DNA of 61,504 bases, from assembly GCA_035606195.1 (NCBI GenBank), contig DATNFX010000313.1:1-61504 (forward strand), in the 5' to 3' direction. Under the pieces are notes generated by a model. That model saw nothing but the letters and a program-made list of their open reading frames with translations. It was not told where the DNA came from and ran no database searches. The DNA is from Pyrinomonadaceae bacterium (GTDB lineage: Bacteria > Acidobacteriota > Blastocatellia > Pyrinomonadales > Pyrinomonadaceae). This document shows, piece after piece, positions 45,401 through 49,576 of the stretch. A program made the translations under genes and the position numbers. The stretch's first letter is position 1. Each line of letters starts with the position of its first letter.

Positions 45401-46902
45401 TCGTTTCGCGTCTGCGCGAAGCGTACAAACTAGAGGTGCCGCTCCGCCGGCTGTTCGAATTGCCAACCGTGTTTGAGCTCGCGACACACATCGACAGTCT
45501 GCTTCGTGACGGCAAGGATCTGGCCCAACCACCTATTCGGCGTCAGGCACAAGATGGTCCGCGGCCACTCTCGTTTGCGCAGCAGCGTCTGTGGTTCTGG
45601 GAGCAACTGGAACCAAACACTCCAACTTATAACCTCACGTCAGCGTTTCGACTCGAAGGAGATCTCGATCGCGCCGTCCTCGAGCGGACGCTGAACGAGA
45701 TCGTGCGCCGGCACGAGATTCTGCGGACCTCGTTTATGGCAGTTGACGGTGAACCGGTACAGGTCGTGGCTCCGCGCAAGACTCTTCGTGTGAACCTCTT
45801 AGACATCGGTTGGTTGCCGGCGGAAGAGCGCGAAGCTGAGGCGCGGCGTTTGACAGCAGAGGAAGCGTCGCGCCCGTTTGCCTTAAATAAAGCTCCGCTG
45901 CTGCGTGTGAAGCTGCTGCGCCTGAGTCCGCAGGAACACGTCGCACTGGTCGTGATGCACCACATCATTTCCGACGGCTGGTCGATGGGAGTTCTTATCG
46001 ACGAGGTAACGGCCTTGTACGAAGCTTTTCGTTCAAATCAGCCATCACCGTTGCCGGATTTGCCAGTGCAGTATGCCGACTTCGCTGAGTGGCAACTCGA
46101 GCTGTTACGCACGGAGAGCGAAGTCCTCGAGTCGCAGCTCAACTATTGGGCCGAAAAACTCCGCGAGGCGCCAAACCTGGAACTGCCTACCGATCGGCCA
46201 CGACCGCGTGTCTACAATCCGCGTGGGGCGATCATTCCTTTCAAGCTGTCAGCAGAATTGTTGCAGGAGCTGAAGACGTTAAACCGTCGAGAACACGTGA
46301 CTCTGTTCATGACTCTGCTCGCCGCGTTCAACATCCTGCTCCGCTCACGCGCTCGACAGGACGACATCGTTGTTGGCGCGGATATCGCTAATCGAACGCG
46401 TGTGGAAACGGAAGGCCTGATCGGGTTCTTCGTGAACATGTTGGTGCTGCGAACAGATCTCAGCGGCGACCCGACGTTCGGCGAGTTGCTGCAAAGAGTA
46501 CGCGAAGTCACGCTTGGCGCTTACGCGCACCAGGATGTGCCGTTCGCCAAACTCGTAAGTCAATTGCAAGTAAAGCGCGACTTGAGTCGCAACCCGCTTT
46601 TCCAGGTTGTGTTTGTGTTGCAAAACGCTTCTATGAAAACGCTGGAGCTGCCTGGGTTGAAGCTGAGTCCGTTCGAGTTTGGAATGACGAACGCGCCCTT
46701 CGACATTGTCCTATCGCTCAACGAGACTCCGGACGGATTGCTTGGCTCCATTACTTACAACACAGAACTTTTCGACGAGCAGACAGCGCGGCGACTGTTA
46801 GACGATTACGAGAATATGCTCGAACGCCTGGTAAAAGATCCAGCTCAACGGATCTCAAGTCTCGAGCTTTTTCGCCCGCGTGAGTTGGGCCAACATGCGT
46901 GA
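33421..46902 (+). CDS. NRPS: C-A[FkbM MT insert]-T-C-A-T-C-A-T-C-T-C
   Basis: C motifs YHGLVDG (33847), HHVISDG (37918), HHAILDG (41131), HHLIADG (44266) and HHIISDG (45958). A cores near 35270, 39346 and 42511. T serines at 37342, 40522 (GGDS), 43690 and 45382. FkbM-like insert at ~36151-37090. No A domain between the C at 44266 and the T at 45382. Confidence 0.95.
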   Translation: MKMKNVEDIYPLSPMQEGILFHTRHDPAFAMYFEIITGTMHGEVDLSAFARAWQSVVDRHAVLRTAFVWEGLDEPIQVVRRRAKLTVTNHDWRSLTIDEQSNALAELFAAERALGFDLSKAPLMRVALIQTGAGSYRFVWTYYHGLVDGWSGSLVFNDVLLFYEALTNGVEINLPAAPSFRSYIDWVRSHDFAEAREYWRRTLRGFKAATPIDFVSPHETSSSDRTTSYREREFNLNAETTARLLRLSRQERLTLNTICQGAWAILLHRYSGQRDVVFGVTVSGRPPELEHIETMIGMLINTLPARIEVTPDAKLVPWLKDIQARQWEMRQYEYSPLVEVQGLSDVPRTNPLFDSIVSFENHPIDHSLLKRNDRAQVRDVVHYHTATGYPINIIIEPGAELSVKLLYDFGRIDDARVDRILGHLGHLLTDIAADPDRIISKFAVLTPHEQQELLVEWNMTAAEYRRDVCLHELFEEQVERAPERPAVVFRDRQLSFSELNAQANQLARYLRRLGVGPEVRVAVCMERSVEMVLGMIATLKAGGVYVPLDPSQPTQRLKFLFGDANVRVVLTQKALTELLPACDSEIVCLDECLTQPEYTTNLPVSTTAESLAYVIYTSGSTGTPKGVMVQHRSAVNLVGALQQEIYQDQNDALRVGLNAQVIFDASIKQLLQLLSGHTLVVVPEEIRANPDELLGHVAEQQLDVLDCTPSQLQLLLTSKSWRERRPKLMLIGGESLRSHLWDRLAAEQGTEFYNVYGPTECTVDAAIGHIRTAGEPPNIGRPINNTRIYLLDDRQQPAPLGVRGEICVAGECLARGYLNGPESTAEKFIPEPFSGAAGARMYRTGDVGRYLEDGRLQFVGRADHQVKVRGVRIELGEIETALRQHHGVRDAVVQAHGESSEDRRLVAYVVPERTRSLPLVAKSNGDDLLAGKQVSKLPNGMVIAGHGSLQASGVYREIFEDRIYMKHGIRLDENACVFDVGANIGLFTLFVKQQSPGARVYSFEPLPPNFEALQTNVKFYGLDVELFECGLSSRRETATFTFYPHAAAMSGKGSRVDEDKAAARANVGSWLKTFEHNSQTPGQYDLDSFVEHYLIGESYTCQLRTLSEVIRENEIERIDLLKLDVERSEFDVVLGIEDEDWKKIRQFVIEVHSDGLLEQITALLRTRGFTFVVEKSAIVETTSQDIVRGYMLYAWDPEQRAASNGNGANPAPEVPELSPDDLRNFLREHLPIQMIPSAFVLLKELPLMASGKVDRCALPAPDGPIILTDEHVAPRTPVEEIVAGICASVLRLDDISVTGNFFDLGGHSLLAAQVISRVRETFHIELSLRNLFLKPTVEGLAENIERSLKAGEQVAVGTIARVSRAVDLPLSFSQQRIWFLDQMAGGTPYYNIISRVRLQGELNLDALQRAFAEIVRRHEILRTTFANFRGRPTQIVSPWTPSTLEIEEIAGETDEERAENARLLARQEAMEPFDLSSGPLLRVRILRLSDAEHLAILKLHHVISDGWSTSVLVNELSTLYSAFLQDQPSPLAELPFQYSDYAVWQRGWLQGEVLETQLNYWRRQLKDAPALLELPTDKPRPAIQTFNGAPEHFEIGPELAARLRGLSRDEGATLFMTLLAAFTTLLYRYSNQNDIVIGTDIANRTRADIENLIGFFANMVLLRSNVSDNPTFAELLGRIRETALGAYAHQDLPFEKLVEELQPERSLSHAPFFNVVFVLQNTPRNALELPGLKVTPEPFESNFTRFDLEFHLWESEERLSGFLISNTDLFEPDTIRRLLNHFTNLLEGIVADPDRRIASLPLLSVDERCRFLTTANNTTADYPRNGLIAQHFESQCARTPEATALIFGEREMTYHELNRRANQLAHHLKSLGVGPEIPVALCIERSFEMVVALLAIIKAGGYYVPLDPEYPIGGLEFIFNDLAIPVVVTQESLLGVLPAHWSHVLSLDTDWDAIARKSDENLRLEGIAEHLAYVMYTSGSTGQPKGVAVTHRGVLRLVKETNYASFGSDEVFLQLAPITFDASTFEVWGSLLNGGRLVIFPPKAPALEEVGAALRRHGVTTLWLTAGLFHLMVDQRPDDLRELRQLLAGGDILSAAHVQKVLRSFPGRLINGYGPTENTTFTCCYPMMRGEESRDVVPIGRPISNTQVYLLNRDLEPVPPGVAAELYTGGDGLARGYHYRPELTAERFIPHPCGKPGERLYRTGDLARYLPDGRIEFAGRLDHQVKVRGFRIELEEIEGVLAAHPAVRQCVVLARADAGLEKQLVAYVVLEDERELIATGMRSYLGQHLPDYMVPSQLVILDSFPLTANGKVDRQALPAPGEVRDKVKEEYVPARTPAEKALVEIWQDVLGVERVSVNDNFFDLGGDSIRSIQVHARAEEHGYQVSVREILQLQTIAELARVAERTDSGVAESCKSDAFGLVGIDDRHRLPESIEDAYPLSFLQRGMLYHTNLSGELALYHVIFSCVVRGSLEIEALKGVLQRVTEQHPILRTSFDLHSYSEPLQLVHDRVTVPFEVVDLAYLAATDRKQAFAEWQEEEKRRGFDWSSPPIMRLRLFVHGETEFRIALSFHHAILDGWSLSSMLSELFSLYQELRDREEPATSFRDFIALEQQALHSEENQRYWSEKLSTLPFTMLPPREGSAPPDASRNILQVRFDSELAGGLKSFARRAGVPLKSVLLAAHCKILGVLTGQPEVTTGLVSNGRPEAGGGDRALGLFLNTVPFSTRIQDKSWLDLAQAVAAEENELSAFRRYPLAELQRARGGEPLFEATFNYTHFHILENVHESNDFKVVDAEVFSQINFPFSAGFDLNNSELVLILEHDLSRISLQQIDEIKNYYAGALHAIVSNPAGKDNSWALVEAERRRLLVQWNETSADYPREVCLYELIEAQVERTPAAVALISGDEQTSYRELNERANQFAHYLESLGAGPDVLVGVMLNRSVDMIVALLAVLKAGAAYVPLDPAYPRERLRFMIEDAGVSILLTEQALVDRLPENGPKRVLIDTDKTAIQPHSRMSPLSGVSAGNLVYIIYTSGTTGRPKGVMLDHREVVNCVLWMQSTYALTPQDSMLCKTTLNFDPSIWEIFWPLLTGGRVVLTRSEDQHDSAALLQIIIDRHVTIAYFVPAMLRLFLSEDGVAQARSLRKVICGGESLPHDLVKLFYQRLPQATLHHSYGPTETAIASVETICAPDSPYGVTPIGRPLANTELYVLDQQMQPVPRGVIGELFIGGEGLGRGYLKRPDLTAERFVPDPFGPRPHGRLYRTGDMVRYLPCGNLEFHGRRDEQVKLRGLRIELGEIQAAITVEQDVETALVTLRHDHSGGSSLIAYVVPKPGSELVVAELRQRVAQRLPAAMVPTAFMIIETLPLLPNGKVDRAALPNPEFEVANDYLVPRDAVEELIAGIWAELLDLERVGVHDDFFTIGGHSLIATQVMARLFDVFHVDLGLRSLFETPTVAALAQRINCAMREGRLSQPFEIGPWPRPQPLPLSFAQQRLWFLEQLGSPGAAYHIPVIFRIRGRLDVEVLARVVNEIMQRHESLRTSFHVVDGAPVQVINRYQEVSLPLIDLSDLPEEQREADAVLLSSQQSQLRFDLSAGPLMRVCLLRLNQQEHVLQLTLHHLIADGWSVAVLARETRALYEAVCQDQPSPLPALEIQYADFALWQREWLQGDLLAGQIDYWRRQLAGAPPALELPTDQTRPALQSFRGSQIGFTLARALTQELHSLSRREGTTIFMTLLAAYAVLLSRYANQADVVVGTPIANRRQTELEGLIGFFANTLALRVKVHPELTFRALLRNVREVTLGAYANQDVPFERLVEELRPARELNRNPFFQVTFGVQNIPHAQLNLPGLEIGVQEFVTGATRFDLECFLREEDGELRGNFTYSTDLFEQQTIESMLRHFERLLELVVADPKQQLCEIQLLTPEEEQQLIRRRDAQLKRGGNQVEAADKGPPQAPASTAATELVAEIWAEVLGLERVGLHQDFFELGGHSLLATRVVSRLREAYKLEVPLRRLFELPTVFELATHIDSLLRDGKDLAQPPIRRQAQDGPRPLSFAQQRLWFWEQLEPNTPTYNLTSAFRLEGDLDRAVLERTLNEIVRRHEILRTSFMAVDGEPVQVVAPRKTLRVNLLDIGWLPAEEREAEARRLTAEEASRPFALNKAPLLRVKLLRLSPQEHVALVVMHHIISDGWSMGVLIDEVTALYEAFRSNQPSPLPDLPVQYADFAEWQLELLRTESEVLESQLNYWAEKLREAPNLELPTDRPRPRVYNPRGAIIPFKLSAELLQELKTLNRREHVTLFMTLLAAFNILLRSRARQDDIVVGADIANRTRVETEGLIGFFVNMLVLRTDLSGDPTFGELLQRVREVTLGAYAHQDVPFAKLVSQLQVKRDLSRNPLFQVVFVLQNASMKTLELPGLKLSPFEFGMTNAPFDIVLSLNETPDGLLGSITYNTELFDEQTARRLLDDYENMLERLVKDPAQRISSLELFRPRELGQHA
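36151..37090 (+). other. second FkbM-family methyltransferase domain embedded in an A domain
   Basis: VFDVGANIGLFTLFVKQQSPGARVYSFEP...LLKLDVERSEFDVVLG lies between RRLVAYVV and LPIQMIPSAFVLLKELPLMASGKVDR. Collinear with the 25051-25980 insert. Confidence 0.8.
45172..45300 (+). other. C-to-T junction where an A domain is missing (~43 codons)
   Basis: LLTPEEEQQLI (the normal C-A linker) runs straight into RRRDAQLKRGGNQVEAADKGPPQAPASTAATELVAEIWAEVLG...FFELGGHSLL (the normal pre-T segment). Confidence 0.85.
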
Positions 46903-46994
46903 ACAGCTATCGGTTGAAATAGGACCTCATAAGGACCAATAAAGCATAAAAGATCCGAAATTATTTTAGAAAAACCACAATGATGGAGAATTGG

Positions 46995-47112
46995 TTTGTC
47001 TGATTTCAGACTCAGTCCGATTCACGACAGACAGCAACGTCTCAGGTTGGGTAGAAAGGGGCGGCTCTGACTAATAGATGTTCTATCCGAGGACTCGCTC
47101 CGACCTCCCCAG
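46995..47112 (+). promoter_or_regulatory. conserved leader element, copy B (paralog of 9282-9400), containing TGTCT-N6-AGACT
   Basis: Same conserved blocks as copy A, in the same order and orientation. Sits in the 433-nt gap between the NRPS stop (46902) and the MbtH-like gene. Confidence 0.6.
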
Positions 47113-47270
47113 TAGAGAGAAAGCCCTGAGCAACTACGTAGTACCTATGTTGTTGTGTGGACACTTCATGCTTACGAGCTCTCGGTAATTAGAACAAGCC
47201 TGCGGACGACTTGTCCGAGTAGGCATCCACACATTTTGTCTTCTCATTTAAGATGCCACTTGGCTTCGGA

Positions 47271-47289
47271 TGCGGTAGCTGTGCCGGCC
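47271..47289 (+). promoter_or_regulatory. ops-like box TGCGGTAGCTGTGCCGGCC (copy 2)
   Basis: 17/19 identical to 10291-10309 and contains GCGGTAGC. Lies 65 nt upstream of ATG 47336. Confidence 0.5.
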
Positions 47290-47335
47290 ACTTGCAATTG
47301 CAGATTTCGCACAAAATAAAATCGGAGGGAAAAAG

Positions 47336-47569
47336 ATGGACCGAGATGACGCAGAAGATCAAACAATCTATAAAGTTGTGCTCAACCACGAAGAGCAGTA
47401 CTCGATTTGGCCTGCCGATCGCGAGAATGCACTCGGTTGGTTTGACGCCGGTAAAACCGGTATGAAGGCCGAATGTCTGGAGTACATCAAAGAGGTCTGG
47501 ACTGACATGAGACCTCTGAGCCTGCGCAAGCATATGGAGGAAGCTGCCGCAAAGCAGTCGAGCGCGTAG
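47336..47569 (+). CDS. mbtH: MbtH-like protein
   Basis: 77 aa. GGAGGG RBS at 47324-47329. Hallmark [24 protein letters not shown]...AECLEYI with the conserved Trp residues. Confidence 0.9.
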   Translation: MDRDDAEDQTIYKVVLNHEEQYSIWPADRENALGWFDAGKTGMKAECLEYIKEVWTDMRPLSLRKHMEEAAAKQSSA

Positions 47570-47655
47570 CCCGGCATGAACTCCTGAGCTCGATCGTTTA
47601 CGCTGCGCCTACCCGCACCCACCTGAGTTGTTTAAGTTCCACAACGGTAAAGACA

Positions 47656-48657
47656 ATGAAAAAGTTTGCCAATGTTGCGGCTTCGCCTGCTCCTGTGAGC
47701 GCTAATAGTTTCAAAGACGAAACGAAGATCCGGCATCTGCTTTCGATCCACGACTGCACGCCGGGTCAGTTACGAAAGCTCGTCGAAACGGCAGTCGCTT
47801 TCGCGGCCGGAGAGGAGATTGGTCACTCTTCTCTGAGCGGGAGCACGGTTGGCATCTATTTTCGTCGTGCCTCTACGCGCACGCGGACGTCATTCTCAGT
47901 GGCCGCGCATCGCCTCGGGGCGAAAACAATTCACTATGGACCATCCGATCTACAACTCACAACCGGCGAAACTGTTGAGGACACCACCAGGGTGTTGTCC
48001 GGTTTTCTTAAAGCACTCGTTATTCGTACCAACGACTCAGTTTCTGAAATGGAGCTCTTTGCAACGCAGCACAGGATGCCCGTTATCAATGCCATGAGTG
48101 AGAACGAGCATCCCACGCAGGCGATTGCGGATCTGGCGGCGATGCGAGAGACGTTGGGCCGGCTCGAAGACGTTCACGTGCTTTATCTGGGCGAGGGAAA
48201 CAACACGGCAGCGTCATTAGCGTTTGGCATTGCGATGTTTGCAGGAATGAGACTTACGCTGGTGACTCCTGCCGGTTATGGATTGGCTGACGCTCAACTT
48301 GAGACCGCAAAAATAATGGCACGCAAGACCGGAGCTGAGATCGAACAGCACCACCGGATCGATCGGTTACCGCGTAACGTTGACGTCGTCTACACCACGA
48401 GATGGCAGACGATGGGAGTGCCTAAGGCGGACCCCGATTGGAAGGCGAAGTTCAGACCTTACAGCGTGACCCTGGAGCTCATGGCGAACGTCTCAAAACC
48501 TTCAGGCACGATCTTTCTTCACGACTTGCCGGCCGTGCGCGGAGACGAAGTAACGAACGAAGTCCTTGATGGACCGCAAAGCAAGGCTTTCCGGCAAGCT
48601 GAATACAAACTGTTTGGAGCGATGGCAACGCTCTGCTGGTGTGTTGGTGACCTCTGA
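47656..48657 (+). CDS. carbamoyltransferase of the ATC/OTC superfamily with non-canonical second-substrate motifs
   Basis: Carbamoyl-phosphate motifs STRTR and HPTQ are present. The OTC-like GEGNNTAASL is present. However, DxxxSMG is replaced by TRWQTMG and HCLP by HDLP. Confidence 0.8.
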   Translation: MKKFANVAASPAPVSANSFKDETKIRHLLSIHDCTPGQLRKLVETAVAFAAGEEIGHSSLSGSTVGIYFRRASTRTRTSFSVAAHRLGAKTIHYGPSDLQLTTGETVEDTTRVLSGFLKALVIRTNDSVSEMELFATQHRMPVINAMSENEHPTQAIADLAAMRETLGRLEDVHVLYLGEGNNTAASLAFGIAMFAGMRLTLVTPAGYGLADAQLETAKIMARKTGAEIEQHHRIDRLPRNVDVVYTTRWQTMGVPKADPDWKAKFRPYSVTLELMANVSKPSGTIFLHDLPAVRGDEVTNEVLDGPQSKAFRQAEYKLFGAMATLCWCVGDL

Positions 48658-48736
48658 ACCGGATCTTCTCTGAGGCTTGCACCAGAGAATAAGCACCTTC
48701 ATGCAATCGAACCCAAAGCTAAAGGAGCCGCTCTCG

Positions 48737-49558
48737 ATGTCAATCACTGACGAGCAGTTGCGCGAGTATGGAGACCGCGGTCTTCTGTTTCTGCCCGGTT
48801 ATTTCTCCGCTGCCGAAGTTGACATTATGAAAGCGGAGCTTCCTCACCTCTTCGCCGCCACCTCATTGGGAAAAGTCATGGAAGACGGAGGCCGTGACGT
48901 GCGTTCCGTATATGGAGCACAGTTCACTAGTAAGACTTTCCAACGGCTAACAAGGCATGCGCGAATCGCAGAGCCGATCATGAAAATTCTCGACAGCCAG
49001 GTGTACGTCTACCAGTTTAAGATCAACGCCAAGGCAGCGTTCGGTGGTGATATTTGGGAGTGGCACCAGGATTACATCTACTGGCAGAAAGAGGATGGCA
49101 TGCCGTCAGCTCGTGCCTCCAACGTCATAATTTTTCTCGATGACGTGAATGAATTCAACGGACCTTTGTTCTTCATCCCCGGCTCACACAAGGAAGGCGT
49201 GATTGAAACGCCGGTCTGTGACCCCGGGCCAGAAGTCAGCAACGAGAACAACCCGGGCTGGCTCTCTTCCCGGCTCAAGTACGCTCTTGATCGGGGGACG
49301 GTCGCGCAACGAATCGCCACCTACGGCATTATCGCACCCAAGGGTCCCGCGGGTTCAATGCTCTTTACACATCCGAATATCATTCATTGCTCGCCTAGTA
49401 ACATGTCTCCTTTTGATCGCGTCGTCGCGATCATCACCTACAACAGCGTCGAGAATATTCCCACTCAAACCAATCAGCGACCGGAGTTCCTGTCCAGTCG
49501 CGACTTGACACCCGTTGTGCCGTTGCCTGAAGACAGTTGGGCCAAAGCGGCGTACTGA
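48737..49558 (+). CDS. PhyH/EctD-like Fe(II)/2-oxoglutarate hydroxylase
   Basis: AAGGAG at 48722-48727 lies 9 nt before ATG 48737; the track start 48677 is possible. IWEWHQDYIYWQKEDGMP resembles the EctD signature F-x-WHSDFETWH-x-EDG-M/L-P. HxD (WHQD) and a distal His (NIIHCSP) are present. Confidence 0.8.
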   Translation: MSITDEQLREYGDRGLLFLPGYFSAAEVDIMKAELPHLFAATSLGKVMEDGGRDVRSVYGAQFTSKTFQRLTRHARIAEPIMKILDSQVYVYQFKINAKAAFGGDIWEWHQDYIYWQKEDGMPSARASNVIIFLDDVNEFNGPLFFIPGSHKEGVIETPVCDPGPEVSNENNPGWLSSRLKYALDRGTVAQRIATYGIIAPKGPAGSMLFTHPNIIHCSPSNMSPFDRVVAIITYNSVENIPTQTNQRPEFLSSRDLTPVVPLPEDSWAKAAY

Positions 49559-49576
49559 GCACGATCAGATAACGAG

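Noticed and set aside
47189-47533. 114-aa minus-strand ORF overlapping the MbtH-like gene (also 47368..47622 -)
   Set aside because: The + strand frame encodes a textbook MbtH signature with a good RBS. The antisense ORFs have no recognisable features.
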